Shown here one piece after another: positions 1-10,221 of a stretch of 64,000 bases of DNA; the first letter of the stretch is position 1, and every line of letters begins with the position of its first letter. Location: assembly GCA_964393545.1 (NCBI GenBank), contig CAYMUB010000059.1, forward strand, positions 4,571 through 68,570, in the 5' to 3' direction. Position numbers and translations under genes: made by a program. This stretch comes from an uncultured Gammaproteobacteria bacterium. GTDB lineage: Bacteria > Patescibacteriota > Microgenomatia > Daviesbacterales > UBA10151. The notes under the pieces are model-generated. The model did no database searches. It had not been told where the DNA came from and was given only the letters and a program-made list of their open reading frames with translations.

Positions 1-1
1 G

Positions 2-190
2 GATTTTTTCGGTGATATACTTGTAGTTACTGAAAGGGGTTTTGATAGACCGGCTCTCGAATATGTTGCTGGTAAATATGGTAAATCTACTTTTGAAGTA
101 GAACAAGCATTGATTCGGATGGTACATACTACCAGAATTCATAATAGAAAAGTGATAGATTCAGGTATTAGAGAAGCTTTACTTAGATAA
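2..190 (+). CDS. 3' end of an upstream gene (partial, ...EYVAGKYGKSTFEVEQALIRMVHTTRIHNRKVIDSGIREALLR*); function not recognised
   Basis: Open frame from window edge to TAA at 188-190 (manual translation); no family recognised. Confidence 0.3.
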   Translation, partial: DFFGDILVVTERGFDRPALEYVAGKYGKSTFEVEQALIRMVHTTRIHNRKVIDSGIREALLR

Positions 191-227
191 AGATATTTAG
201 TAAATACTCCTTTGTTAAAAAAAGCTC

Positions 228-761
228 ATGAACCAAGAAAAAGGGTTAGTTATTTTATATACTGGTGAAGGGAAGGGGAAGACAACAGCTGCTTTGGGAC
301 TTGTTTTAAGAGCCTCAGGATATAATAAAAAATGTTTAATTGTTCAATTTGGGAAAGCCTGGTTTACTGGGGAATTAGTAGGGATTAAAAAATTGGGTCC
401 TAATATAAAAATTATCCAAGGAGGTAAGGGGTTTTTAGATATTTTAGGCAGTAAAGTATCTTTATCAGAACACAAAAAAGCAGCCAATGAAGCTTATGAC
501 ATATTATATAAAGAAGTAATATCTGGAAACTGGGATATAGTGGTGGCTGATGAAATTGTGGGAGCAGTATCCTCAAAAGTCTTATCTCTTACCAAAGTAT
601 TAAAGCTTGTTAGGGAAAAAGATGCTACAATGGATTTAGTGCTAACAGGTCATAATGTTTCAAACCAGTTGATAGATATAGCAGATCTTGTAACAGAAAT
701 GAAAGAGGTTAAACACCCTTTTCAAAAAGGAATTCTAGCTAAAAAGGGTATTGACTTTTAG
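228..761 (+). CDS. ATP:cob(I)alamin/corrinoid adenosyltransferase, CobA/BtuR/CobO family
   Basis: N-terminal P-loop YTGEGKGKTTAALG typical of CobA/BtuR; ~177 aa size fits. Confidence 0.75.
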   Translation: MNQEKGLVILYTGEGKGKTTAALGLVLRASGYNKKCLIVQFGKAWFTGELVGIKKLGPNIKIIQGGKGFLDILGSKVSLSEHKKAANEAYDILYKEVISGNWDIVVADEIVGAVSSKVLSLTKVLKLVREKDATMDLVLTGHNVSNQLIDIADLVTEMKEVKHPFQKGILAKKGIDF

Positions 762-788
762 CACTCATCATTTTATACTGCTAATGAT

Positions 789-3203
789 ATGGCTGATTTT
801 ATGAAACCCAGCATTACATCCCCAATAGCTTTAAAGCCTACTATGCCGGTTGGTCCTTTGCGGGACACTGTTATTTTTCCTGGTAACTCAGTTCCTATAA
901 TCTCCGGCAGACCAAAATCCAAAGCTGCTCTGGATTTGGCCTGGAACAGCGATAAATTAATTGTTTTTGTGACTCAAAAAAATTCCCGGATTGAAGACCC
1001 CACAGATAAAGATTTATATAAGGTAGGAACTGTTTGTTTAATAAGAAGGGTGGTTAAAAATCCTGAGGGAGAGTATACCTTGCAAGCAGAAGGATTATCC
1101 AGAGTATTTTTAAAAAACTTTACAAAAACAGAACCTTATTTAGAAGCAGAAATTGAAGAAATTCCAGAGCTTTATGAAAGATCAGATCAAACAGAAGCCT
1201 TAATCAGAACAGTTAGAGAACAGGTCAAAAGATTTTTAGAATTAGGTGGAAATCCTTTCTTTGACCAGACAAATTTTGCCAACTGGTCACTTTTTACCTA
1301 CAGTGATGATCCAAATCAATTAGTCAATTCTGTTGTTCAATCCATAGATTTTAAAACTATAGACAAACAACAAATTCTGGAAATGGTATCTGCCCAGGAA
1401 AGACTGCAAAGATTATCTGAACTGTTAGCCAAAGAAATCAGAATCATGGAAATTTCCCAAAAAATTTCCTCTCAAACCCAGGAAAGAGTTTCCAAAATTA
1501 CCAAAGAAGCCATTTTGAAAGAGCAGATGAAGAGTATTGAAGAGGAATTGGGTGGAGGAGATAGTGAGCATCAGGAAATCCATGAATTTGAATTAAAAAT
1601 CAAAAAAGCTGGCATGCCAAAGGAGGTTTTGGAAAAAGCCAAAAAAGAACTTTCCAGACTGGCTAAGATGTCCTCATATAATCCAGAAGCTGGGTATATT
1701 AGAAATTATTTGGAATGGTTAACAGATTTGCCCTGGATGCTTATAAAAAATGGCAAAATAGATTTGAAAAAATCTGAGGAGATTTTAGATGAAGATCATT
1801 ATGGACTAAAAAAAGTTAAAGAAAGAATTATAGAATATTTGGCAGTTCATAAATTATCAGGTAAAATGAGGGGGCCAATTCTTTGTTTTGTGGGTCCTCC
1901 TGGTGTTGGTAAAACCTCAATTGGTAAATCAATAGCCAGAGCACTGGGCAGAAAATTTGTCAAAATTTCTCTAGGAGGAATTAGGGATGAGGCAGAAATT
2001 AGAGGTCACAGAAGGACTTATGTTGGATCAATGCCTGGAAGAATCATCCAGGGTATTAAGCAAGCTGGTACCAAAAATCCAGTTTTTATGTTGGATGAAA
2101 TTGATAAAATTGGAGCAGATTATAGAGGTGATCCATCTGCAGCTTTGCTTGAAGCATTAGATCCTGAACAAAATGAAGGATTTTCTGATCATTACTTAGA
2201 AGTGCCATTTGATTTGTCAAATGTGATGTTTATCACAACTGCTAATATTTTGGACACTATTCCTCCTGCTTTAAAGGATAGGTTAGAGGTGATCCGTTAT
2301 GCTGGTTATACTGAGGATGAAAAGTTTCACATTGCCAAAAACTTTTTACTCCCCAAACAAATTCCAAACCATGGCTTAAATGCAAATCAAATAGAATTTG
2401 AAGATGAAGCAATTAAAAGAGTAATCAGAGGATATACCAGGGAGGCAGGGGTTAGAAATTTAGAAAGGGAGTTATCTACAGTTATTAGAAAAGTAGCCAG
2501 AAAAGTAGCAGAAGGGAATTTAAGTAAATTTATTATCAAGTCAGAAGATATTCATGGATTCTTAGGTCCAATCAAATTCCTGCCAATACTCGCTGAAAAA
2601 CAGGATGAGATTGGGATGTCTACAGGTTTGTCTGTGACTGAGGCTGGTGGAGAAGTATTATTTATTGAGGTAACTTTGATGCCTGGTAAAGGAAGTTTGC
2701 TTTTAACTGGACAATTAGGGGATGTAATGAAAGAATCAGGTCAGGCTGCTATGTCATATGTAAGATCCCATTGGGCACCTTTAGGTTTACAGGAAAGATT
2801 TTTCCAAAAGATGGATGTTCACATTCATGTTCCAGAAGGAGCAACACCTAAAGATGGGCCTTCAGCTGGAATTGCTTTAACTTCTGCAATTATTTCTGCC
2901 TTTACCAAGATTCCAATTCACAAAGATGTAGCCATGACTGGTGAGGTAACCTTAAGAGGCAGAGTACTGGAAATTGGTGGATTAAAAGAAAAAGTTTTAG
3001 CAGCTCACAGAGCAGGGGTTAAAACTGTCATAGCACCTGCAGATAATGAAAAAGATATGGAAGATATTCCAGACTTTGTCCAAAAAGATCTAAAGTTTCA
3101 CTTTGTCAAACATATGGATGAGGTGCTAAATGTAGCCTTAATCAGGCCTCCAAAACCCCAACAACACAAAGTTGTGCCAATCTCCCCAGCCTATGTAGCT
3201 TAA
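789..3203 (+). CDS. lon: ATP-dependent protease Lon
   Basis: 804 aa; Lon N-domain, AAA+ Walker A GPPGVGKTS, C-terminal proteolytic Ser motif PKDGPSAG. Confidence 0.93.
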   Translation: MADFMKPSITSPIALKPTMPVGPLRDTVIFPGNSVPIISGRPKSKAALDLAWNSDKLIVFVTQKNSRIEDPTDKDLYKVGTVCLIRRVVKNPEGEYTLQAEGLSRVFLKNFTKTEPYLEAEIEEIPELYERSDQTEALIRTVREQVKRFLELGGNPFFDQTNFANWSLFTYSDDPNQLVNSVVQSIDFKTIDKQQILEMVSAQERLQRLSELLAKEIRIMEISQKISSQTQERVSKITKEAILKEQMKSIEEELGGGDSEHQEIHEFELKIKKAGMPKEVLEKAKKELSRLAKMSSYNPEAGYIRNYLEWLTDLPWMLIKNGKIDLKKSEEILDEDHYGLKKVKERIIEYLAVHKLSGKMRGPILCFVGPPGVGKTSIGKSIARALGRKFVKISLGGIRDEAEIRGHRRTYVGSMPGRIIQGIKQAGTKNPVFMLDEIDKIGADYRGDPSAALLEALDPEQNEGFSDHYLEVPFDLSNVMFITTANILDTIPPALKDRLEVIRYAGYTEDEKFHIAKNFLLPKQIPNHGLNANQIEFEDEAIKRVIRGYTREAGVRNLERELSTVIRKVARKVAEGNLSKFIIKSEDIHGFLGPIKFLPILAEKQDEIGMSTGLSVTEAGGEVLFIEVTLMPGKGSLLLTGQLGDVMKESGQAAMSYVRSHWAPLGLQERFFQKMDVHIHVPEGATPKDGPSAGIALTSAIISAFTKIPIHKDVAMTGEVTLRGRVLEIGGLKEKVLAAHRAGVKTVIAPADNEKDMEDIPDFVQKDLKFHFVKHMDEVLNVALIRPPKPQQHKVVPISPAYVA

Positions 3204-3265
3204 GTCTACTTGACTTATTTAGCTTCATATTGTAAATTCTAAGATACTGCTTTAGAAATATTTTC

Positions 3266-5272
3266 ATGGATTTTATTTTAAATAACATAAATTTGTTAAT
3301 CTGGTTTTCAGTAATAGCTGCTGTTGCATATGGTGTTTGGTTAATTTTGGATGTTTTAAAGCAACCTTCTGGTGATGAAAAAATGCAGGAAATTGCCCAG
3401 GCTATCCAAGTTGGTGCCGCAGCTTATCTAAAAAGACAGTATAAAGTTGTTGCCATAGTAGCTTTGCTTATGGCTTGTTTAATCTACTATGGTTTGGGGA
3501 TAAATTCAGCTATAGGATTTTTAATAGGAGCAGTTTTTTCAGCTTTGGCTGGGTTTATTGGGATGAGTGTAGCTGTCCGGGCTAATGTGAGGGTAGCTGA
3601 AATTGCTAAAAAAGGTTTATCCGAAGCTTTTGGATTGGCATATAAAGGCGGGGCAGTTACAGGATTTTTGGTAGTAGGTTTAGCTTTGGGAGCAGTTTAT
3701 GGATTTTATCAATTCACTGGTGGAGATTTAAGGGCTTTAATAAGTTTGGGGTTTGGAGGATCTTTAATCTCAGTATTTGCCCGTTTAGGCGGAGGAATCT
3801 TTACTAAAGGAGCAGATGTGGGAGCAGATTTAGTTGGGAAACTTGAGTTAGGAATTCCTGAAGATGATCCCAGAAACCCGGCAGTGATTGCAGATAATGT
3901 TGGAGATAATGTGGGTGATGATGCTGGTATGGCTGCTGATATTTTTGAAACATATGTGGTAACAGCAATTGCTTCTATGATCTTGGGCCAACTGCTTTTC
4001 CCTGGGTTTAATAATGCAGTAATTTTTCCTCTGGTAATTTTAGCAACCGGAATTTTTGCCTCAATTTTAGGATCATTGTTTGTTAAACTTTCCAACAAAA
4101 ATATTATGGGAGCTTTATACAAAGGAATGATTGTGACAGCCATACTTAGTGCAGTATTATTTTATCCGGTAACGAATCTTCTAATGGTGGGCAACGGTGT
4201 TTTTTCTACTTTAAATTTGTATTTAGCTGCAATTATTGGAGTAGTGGTGACAGCTGGAATGGTGTTGATTACTGAATACTACACAGGTACCCAGTACTCC
4301 CCTGTTCAAAATTTAGCATTTGCTTCTAAAACAGGACATGGCACAAATATTATTGCAGGGTTAGCTTTGTCTATGAGATCTACTTTTTGGCCAATTGTTT
4401 TAATCTCAGCTGCTGTTTTAATTAGCTTTATGTTAGCCGGGCTATATGGGACAGCTTTAGCTGGTGTAACAATGTTATCTTTGGCCGGGATTATTGTGGC
4501 AATTGATGCTTTTGGACCAATTACAGATAATGCAGGAGGAATTGCCGAAATGGCTAATTTGCCTGAAAAGGTGAGAAGAGTAACTGATCCTTTGGATGCA
4601 GTTGGAAACACTACTAAAGCTGTGACCAAAGGTTATGCAATAGGTTCAGCTGCCCTGGCAGCCCTAGTATTGTTTGCATCTTATGCTCAAGAATTTGCAG
4701 CCGGAGGAAGGGAATTAACTTTTCAACTTTCTAATCCAAAAGTAATAGTTGGACTTTTTATTGGTGGATCTTTGCCTTATCTTTTTGCCTCATTTGCTAT
4801 GGAAGCAGTAGGAAAGGCAGCTGGATCAGTGGTTGAGGAGGTTAGACGTCAATTTAAAGAAATCAAAGGAATTATGAAAGGTGAAGCCAAACCAGATTAT
4901 GCAAAATGTGTTGAAATTGTCACAGCAGCTGCTCAAAAAGAAATGTTGATTCCGGCTTTAATTCCTGTTTTAGCCCCGGTTCTAGTGGGATTTTTATTGG
5001 GTCCTGTGGCTTTAGGAGGGATGCTGGTTGGCTCAATTATTACTGGGATTTTTGTGGCAGTTTCTATGACTACCGGTGGAGCTGCCTGGGATAATGCTAA
5101 AAAGTATATTGAAGCAGGTAAGTTTGGGGGAAAAGGTTCTGAGACTCACAAAGCAGCAGTGACAGGAGATACAGTGGGGGATCCCTACAAGGACACAGCA
5201 GGTCCTGCAATAAATCCGATGATTAAAGTGATCAATATAGTCGCTCTGCTGTTAGTGCCTTTCCTTAGATAG
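3266..5272 (+). CDS. hppA: Membrane-bound proton/sodium-translocating pyrophosphatase (V-type H+-PPase)
   Basis: 668 aa polytopic; hallmark GDNVGD...DxxGxxAD motifs ([16 protein letters not shown]). Confidence 0.9.
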   Translation: MDFILNNINLLIWFSVIAAVAYGVWLILDVLKQPSGDEKMQEIAQAIQVGAAAYLKRQYKVVAIVALLMACLIYYGLGINSAIGFLIGAVFSALAGFIGMSVAVRANVRVAEIAKKGLSEAFGLAYKGGAVTGFLVVGLALGAVYGFYQFTGGDLRALISLGFGGSLISVFARLGGGIFTKGADVGADLVGKLELGIPEDDPRNPAVIADNVGDNVGDDAGMAADIFETYVVTAIASMILGQLLFPGFNNAVIFPLVILATGIFASILGSLFVKLSNKNIMGALYKGMIVTAILSAVLFYPVTNLLMVGNGVFSTLNLYLAAIIGVVVTAGMVLITEYYTGTQYSPVQNLAFASKTGHGTNIIAGLALSMRSTFWPIVLISAAVLISFMLAGLYGTALAGVTMLSLAGIIVAIDAFGPITDNAGGIAEMANLPEKVRRVTDPLDAVGNTTKAVTKGYAIGSAALAALVLFASYAQEFAAGGRELTFQLSNPKVIVGLFIGGSLPYLFASFAMEAVGKAAGSVVEEVRRQFKEIKGIMKGEAKPDYAKCVEIVTAAAQKEMLIPALIPVLAPVLVGFLLGPVALGGMLVGSIITGIFVAVSMTTGGAAWDNAKKYIEAGKFGGKGSETHKAAVTGDTVGDPYKDTAGPAINPMIKVINIVALLLVPFLR

Positions 5273-5705
5273 TACTTACAGGAGTGCCTGTGGGAGTTGG
5301 GCCGCCAGTTGGTGGAGGTGTTGGTTGTCCACCAGCTAAAGCATTTTTTACCTCAGTTACCACCTGATCAGGAGTATATGAAGCTTTGATTAAATATGCC
5401 TGAGCACCTAACTCAAATCCTTCCTTAATTACAGCTTCCTGGCCTAAATTGGTAAGTAAGATAGTAATCATAGGAGAATTAGGATTTTGAGTTTTAAAAG
5501 TTCTTAAAAGTTGCAAACCATTTATTCCGGGCAACATAATATCCAGTAAAAGTAAATCAAAGGGTTCTGCAGTTAACATATTTAATCCAGTCTGCCCATC
5601 AACTGCACTCTTAATCTGAAAGCCTGCTTTGGTTAATTGTCTGACATATAGTTCTCTGATAAAGTCTTCATCCTCAATCAGCAGTATTTTTTTAGTTGGA
5701 TTCAT
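5265..5705 (-). CDS. Single-domain response regulator (CheY-like receiver) with Pro-rich C-terminal tail
   Basis: ILLIEDE...[14 protein letters not shown] receiver motifs; no output domain; adjacent to histidine kinase. Confidence 0.8.
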   Translation of the reverse strand: MNPTKKILLIEDEDFIRELYVRQLTKAGFQIKSAVDGQTGLNMLTAEPFDLLLLDIMLPGINGLQLLRTFKTQNPNSPMITILLTNLGQEAVIKEGFELGAQAYLIKASYTPDQVVTEVKNALAGGQPTPPPTGGPTPTGTPVSTI

Positions 5706-5731
5706 TATGACTTATTGTACCTTATAGATAT

Positions 5732-7183
5732 TTATAAATTCAATGCCCCACCTGCGGTCAAATTATCAATAACGTTATTCTTCCTAACCGTACCACCACT
5801 AATCTTTTCTGCTAAGGGTAAAGTAAAAGAAAACTTACTTCCTTTTCCTGCTTCTGACTCAACCCAAATCTTGCCACCTAATTTGTCTATTATAGATTTA
5901 GAGATATATAATCCTAAACCAGTACCTTTACTGGCTTGCTGCATCTGGTTGGAGACTCTGAAAAATTTATTAAAAAGATGTGACATCGCTTCTTTAGGGA
6001 TACCAACACCTGTATCAGAAACGCTAGTTATTATTTCATTGGGAGAAACTTCTACAGATACAGTTACATTTCCTCCAGCATTTGTATAGTTAATAGCATT
6101 TGCAATAAGATTAATAATAACTTCAGGAGTTCTGATTGGGTCTGCTAATATTTGAGGTAATTGCAAAGGAGGCTCAAAATTTAATACTACACTTTTTTGA
6201 ACAGCCTGGGATTTTAAATCCTCCACCACCTTAGTCACAATAGGTAGATAATCCAAAGCCTGAGGGAATACAGACATTTGCTCCCTTTCAATTTTGTTAA
6301 CATTTAATAGATTTCCGACCAATGTTAAGAGCTGCTTGGCTGATGTTAAGCTTCTTTGCAGAAGGTCTATTTCTGTGTTCTCTATTTTCCCTTTATTCTC
6401 ATCAATAAAGACAGACAAATATCCAATAATAGAAGTTAAAGGAGTCCTGAGTTCATGTGAGGCCATAGAGACAAAATCCAGTCTCATTTTTTCCAGTTCT
6501 TCTTCTTTGGCTATATCATGCATTATCAAGAGACAGGAAACATTGGTTTGAACAGTGCCATTAAGTTGTACAGTTGATAAATTAATCTTAGCTTGTTTGC
6601 CTTGCTTTCCGACTAGTTTAGCTAGTTTATTAAAAGAATTACTGCAATAAGTTTTTGGCAGAATTTCTTCTGAGTCAGTAAAAAGATGGACTAATTGGTC
6701 AACAGGATGACCTGTTAATTCACTTTGAGTAAAACCAGTAATTTCCTCAGCAGCTTTATTGGAAAGAATAATATTTTTATTAAAGTCTATAGCAATAATT
6801 CCATCCACAATTGATGATAAAACCTCACTTAATTTACTCCTGTCAGAAATGGCTATATCTTTTTCTGTTTGTAAATTATGAAATGTCTGAGAAATTTTAT
6901 CAGCCATCAAGTTAAAAGAATTACCAATCTTTTCAAATTCATCACCAGACCTAATATCTACTTTTTGACTAAAGTTTCCATTGCCTAAATTCTCAGAAGC
7001 TGTTATTAAATCCTGCAAAGGTTTTAAAAAGAGAAATATTAAAGTAGAAGAGGTAATCATTGTTAAAATTCCTACCCCAATAGAAATTAATAAATCATGA
7101 ATTAAAAATAGAGAAGTAAAAAGTGGGATAAATGTACTGATTAAAAGAACAACAATAGTTTTTACAAGAAGTGGACGCCCCAT
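5732..7183 (-). CDS. Sensor histidine kinase (TM-HAMP/PAS-HisKA-HATPase)
   Basis: N-terminal TM helices, H-box [12 protein letters not shown]-box motifs (GTGLGL) in C-terminal ATPase domain. Confidence 0.85.
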   Translation of the reverse strand: MGRPLLVKTIVVLLISTFIPLFTSLFLIHDLLISIGVGILTMITSSTLIFLFLKPLQDLITASENLGNGNFSQKVDIRSGDEFEKIGNSFNLMADKISQTFHNLQTEKDIAISDRSKLSEVLSSIVDGIIAIDFNKNIILSNKAAEEITGFTQSELTGHPVDQLVHLFTDSEEILPKTYCSNSFNKLAKLVGKQGKQAKINLSTVQLNGTVQTNVSCLLIMHDIAKEEELEKMRLDFVSMASHELRTPLTSIIGYLSVFIDENKGKIENTEIDLLQRSLTSAKQLLTLVGNLLNVNKIEREQMSVFPQALDYLPIVTKVVEDLKSQAVQKSVVLNFEPPLQLPQILADPIRTPEVIINLIANAINYTNAGGNVTVSVEVSPNEIITSVSDTGVGIPKEAMSHLFNKFFRVSNQMQQASKGTGLGLYISKSIIDKLGGKIWVESEAGKGSKFSFTLPLAEKISGGTVRKNNVIDNLTAGGALNL

Positions 7184-7232
7184 ATAGATTAAGAGTAACA
7201 GAGCTTAGGAATGGAATCAATCTCCCTTTCAG

Positions 7233-7306
7233 TAGCGCGTACGGGAGTTGAACCCGTGATCTTCACATTGAGAACGTGACGTCCTAGGCCACTAGACGAA
7301 CGCGCC
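7233..7306 (-). tRNA. tRNA-Glu (anticodon CUC)
   Basis: Reverse complement reads GGCGCGTTCGTCTAGTGGCCTAGGACGTCACGTTCTCAATGTGAAGATCACGGGTTCAACTCCCGTACGCGCTA: cloverleaf with D-loop typical of tRNA-Glu, anticodon loop TTCTCAA, T-arm GGTTCAACTCC; no encoded CCA. Confidence 0.8.
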
Positions 7307-7328
7307 GTGGTTGAAATTATACAGCAGA

Positions 7329-7357
7329 TTGACTTTATGAACAAATTAAAATAGAAT
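7329..7357 (+). promoter_or_regulatory. Putative sigma70-like promoter for greA (TTGACT-17 nt-TAGAAT)
   Basis: -35 TTGACT 7329-7334, 17-nt spacer, -10 TAGAAT 7352-7357, ~20 nt upstream of greA ATG. Confidence 0.4.
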
Positions 7358-7378
7358 TTGGCCAGCTTGCCCAACTGA

Positions 7379-7873
7379 ATGACAAAGACAAATATCGTGT
7401 CTGCAAAATTTGTAAAAAATACTACTTATCTGACTGCTAAAGGGCTTACTGAGGCAAAATCTGAGTTGGATTTTCTTAAGAAAACTAAAAGATTAGAAAT
7501 TGCCGAAAAAATCCACCAGGCCAGAGAGTATGGAGATTTAGCAGAAAATTCTGAATATGATAGTGCCATAGAAGAACAGTCTTTAACAGAAAATAGGATT
7601 TCTGAGCTGGAGAATATTTTAAAAAAAGTTAAAGTTATTGCAGATAATCACACCGAAGATTTTATCGTAATTGGTTCAACTGTCAAAATTGATATGGATG
7701 GGGAAATTGATCAATTTAAGATTGTTGGTAGAGTTGAGGCAGATCCATCTAAAAAAAGAATTTCCAATGAGTCTCCTTTGGGGATCTCACTATTGGGTGC
7801 CAAAAAAGGAGAGGTGGTTGAAGTTACAACCCCAATTGTCAGATACAAATGTAAAGTATTGGAGATATCATGA
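7379..7873 (+). CDS. greA: Transcription elongation factor GreA
   Basis: 164 aa; N-terminal coiled-coil with conserved EYDSAIEEQ... and C-terminal FKBP-like domain; classic GreA. Confidence 0.9.
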   Translation: MTKTNIVSAKFVKNTTYLTAKGLTEAKSELDFLKKTKRLEIAEKIHQAREYGDLAENSEYDSAIEEQSLTENRISELENILKKVKVIADNHTEDFIVIGSTVKIDMDGEIDQFKIVGRVEADPSKKRISNESPLGISLLGAKKGEVVEVTTPIVRYKCKVLEIS

Positions 7874-9153
7874 ACGATCTACCCTTAATTAAATTTAATC
7901 CCAAACTGCCTAAACTGTCAGCAAATGAAAAAGCTGTATTAAAACTGCTAGTTGAAGCAGGGGAATTAATTGTACCTGTATATGTAGCCCAAGGAGAAGA
8001 TGCGAAAAAGGTAAATAAAGGGGATATTGATAAAGCTGGTAAGAAATCTCCCAATCTAATCTCTCCTTACACCATTGTTGAAAAAGTAGAGGGAAAGCTT
8101 ATAGCCACTCCTTATCATATTAAATACAAAGAACTTCTAAACCCTGTTGCAGAAAAATTAGAAGAAGCAAGCAGGATAACTGAAAATAAGGACTTTAGTA
8201 AAGCTCTCAAAGTTCAAGCAAAGGCATTGTTAACTGGTTTTTACGATCAGGCAACTATAGCATGGCTCAAAGCAAAGCCGTGTATTTTAAATATTTCCAT
8301 AGGTCCGCTTCTCCATTATGATGATCGATTATACTTCTCTAAAGCTTCATACCACGCTTGGGTAGGAGTGATTGATAAAGAAGGAACTGACAAATTGAAT
8401 AATTACAAAAGCATTACCCTAAGTTCCAGGAGAACAGTGCTGGTTCCCAAAGAATGGATTAATCCAGCTAAAATTAAAACAAAAGTACTTGATGTTGTTT
8501 TATTTTCTGGTATTATGGCGAAAACAAGATTTGTAGGAGTAAATTTACCAATTGATATCGATATTATTGAAAAAGATGGAACTGAAGTTACAATTTTTAA
8601 TCAGGCTAATGATTTAAGACTGAAGGAACAAATCTTACCAAGTTTCAATAAGATATTTTCCAAAGGATTTAGACAAGGTTTTACTGAAGAAGATTTGAGA
8701 AAAGGTTATCTGTTAACAACGACTCTTCATGAATTAGCCCATAGTTACCTTAACTATAGATATTCATTTGATAGGCTACAAGATCTATTTACTTGTATTC
8801 AGGAACTTGCTGCAACCATATTAGGGCTTCGTATGGCTGGGTCTCTGCTTTTGAAAGACAGAATTACAAATAAACAATTAGAATCAATGCTTACCGCATA
8901 TATTTCAAGAACCTTCTTCCTTAGGCAAGAAAATAGAAACAATGAATTTATGAGTAAATATATTTTAGGGTGTAATATATTTATTAACTTCATGTTGGAA
9001 AATGGTGCCTTAAAACAACGCGGTAATTTAATTTTTACCAATTTTACTAAAGTATTTGTCTCATTACATGATTTATCTAATCTATTAGAAGACTTACTTT
9101 CAAGTGGGGCTAGAAAAGACGCCCAGTCTTTCGTCATACGATATACAAGATAA
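7870..9153 (+). CDS. Hypothetical protein with HExxH motif (HELAHSY), paralog A of tandem pair; putative metallopeptidase-like
   Basis: 427 aa; start overlaps greA stop (ATGA); homologous along full length to 10218..11534; HELAH motif; family not recognised. Confidence 0.7.
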   Translation: MNDLPLIKFNPKLPKLSANEKAVLKLLVEAGELIVPVYVAQGEDAKKVNKGDIDKAGKKSPNLISPYTIVEKVEGKLIATPYHIKYKELLNPVAEKLEEASRITENKDFSKALKVQAKALLTGFYDQATIAWLKAKPCILNISIGPLLHYDDRLYFSKASYHAWVGVIDKEGTDKLNNYKSITLSSRRTVLVPKEWINPAKIKTKVLDVVLFSGIMAKTRFVGVNLPIDIDIIEKDGTEVTIFNQANDLRLKEQILPSFNKIFSKGFRQGFTEEDLRKGYLLTTTLHELAHSYLNYRYSFDRLQDLFTCIQELAATILGLRMAGSLLLKDRITNKQLESMLTAYISRTFFLRQENRNNEFMSKYILGCNIFINFMLENGALKQRGNLIFTNFTKVFVSLHDLSNLLEDLLSSGARKDAQSFVIRYTR

Positions 9154-9209
9154 AGTTGCCACATTAAGTTGCATTAAAGCTCGATTGTGAGTATAATCTT
9201 TTAAATCTT

Positions 9210-10106
9210 ATGGCAACAACTAGAACTGCTGAACGTATGGGTGAATATATTGGACCGACATCCTCAAGAGTAACAGCTTTAACGTACCAAAGAGGTGAAT
9301 ATATCTATGAAGTGCAAAAGGCGACACGCTCTAATTTAGAGGGTTTAAGAACTAGAGCCATTGGATTTGAAGGACTATTAGAGTATGGGCCCTTCCGTAC
9401 TCCTGCTGAAGTCACTAGCAATATTCAGCCAGGTAGCGAAGTCATTTTTGCAAGCTATAGAGGACGATGGAGAAGAATGTTTGGTCTTCCTGCAAAAGAT
9501 GTTGGAGTAATGACTCTTGAAGTTAAAACAGCGACTATAGAAGGTAGACCAATTAAAGTCATATCTACAGGGGTAAGAGCAGTCGCGGAAAATTTTCAAA
9601 AGCACGGTATAGGCACAGACTTTGTTAGAGATGCAATTCTCAGGCATAGACCAGATGCTGTTACAGGTAGATCTAGGAATTGGAAGGTATATCGCTCGCT
9701 CGAAAAGATTGATCTTTTTAAAAATGGAAGTATTTCTCCAATTGATAAACCATTTCCTCCAGAAGCTCCAAGGGCATTAGAGCAAGTGCTTGCTAGAAGT
9801 AAAATCATAGAGATGGATTTACAAACAGGTCTTGTTAGAGACATTTATCCAAAAAAGAAGCCAAAGGATTTTACTCCTCGTAAAGGTCATGTGGCTGGTT
9901 GGAGAATTCACGATGCATTAATAGCAAAAGGTGTACCCCCAGGAGGAACCAATGGATTAAGATATTGGGTAGAGACTGATCAAGATGCGATTGATGCTGC
10001 GCTTCCTGAGTATCAAAGGCTTTTGGAACCAGAACCTCTAACGCCTAGCAAACGGCCACTTCTACAATCAATTGCAGAGAAGGTAGCAGACTTCCTTCAG
10101 GTTTGA
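9210..10106 (+). CDS. Hypothetical protein (partner X of paralog A)
   Basis: 298-aa ORF, Arg-rich, locally higher GC than neighbours; no family recognised. Confidence 0.55.
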   Translation: MATTRTAERMGEYIGPTSSRVTALTYQRGEYIYEVQKATRSNLEGLRTRAIGFEGLLEYGPFRTPAEVTSNIQPGSEVIFASYRGRWRRMFGLPAKDVGVMTLEVKTATIEGRPIKVISTGVRAVAENFQKHGIGTDFVRDAILRHRPDAVTGRSRNWKVYRSLEKIDLFKNGSISPIDKPFPPEAPRALEQVLARSKIIEMDLQTGLVRDIYPKKKPKDFTPRKGHVAGWRIHDALIAKGVPPGGTNGLRYWVETDQDAIDAALPEYQRLLEPEPLTPSKRPLLQSIAEKVADFLQV

Positions 10107-10113
10107 AAAAAGT

Positions 10114-10146
10114 CTTTTAAAAACCTTCAGTTTCAGATATACTTAA
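10114..10146. repeat. Copy 1 of ~33-bp conserved unit-terminal repeat CTTTTAAAAACCTTCAG(T/C)TTCAGATATACTT
   Basis: Near-identical to 12486..12520; lies at the end of each 2.34-kb duplicated unit. Confidence 0.7.
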
Positions 10147-10221
10147 CACAAAGAAGGAGAAGTGGTTGAGGTTACAACTCCAATTGTCAGATATAAATGT
10201 AAAGTATTGGAGATATCATGA
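10147..10221 (+). pseudogene. Relic of greA 3' end (encodes ...KEGEVVEVTTPIVRYKCKVLEIS*) carried by the tandem duplication
   Basis: ~90% nt identity to 7802..7873; frame intact but no start codon, upstream in-frame TAA at 10144; ends in the same ATGA overlap with paralog B start. Confidence 0.6.

Noticed and set aside
3709-4629. Two minus-strand ORFs (3709..4143, 4306..4629) inside hppA
   Set aside because: They are antisense to a high-confidence, motif-rich H+-PPase gene. They are Pro/Ser/Ile-rich mirror translations typical of spurious antisense frames.
5715-6551. Plus-strand ORFs 5715..6089 and 6294..6551
   Set aside because: They lie entirely within, and antisense to, the histidine kinase gene and have no features of real proteins.
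7189-7374. 61-aa ORF overlapping the intergenic region
   Set aside because: It overlaps the tRNA-Glu gene on the same strand, so it is a chance ORF.
7671-8054. Small ORFs 7671..7892 (+) and 7839..8054 (-)
   Set aside because: They are alternative-frame or antisense overlaps with greA and HExxH paralog A and show no conservation signal.
9378-9844. Minus-strand ORFs inside gene X
   Set aside because: They are antisense to the longer, better-supported plus-strand ORF. That said, gene X itself is only moderately supported.
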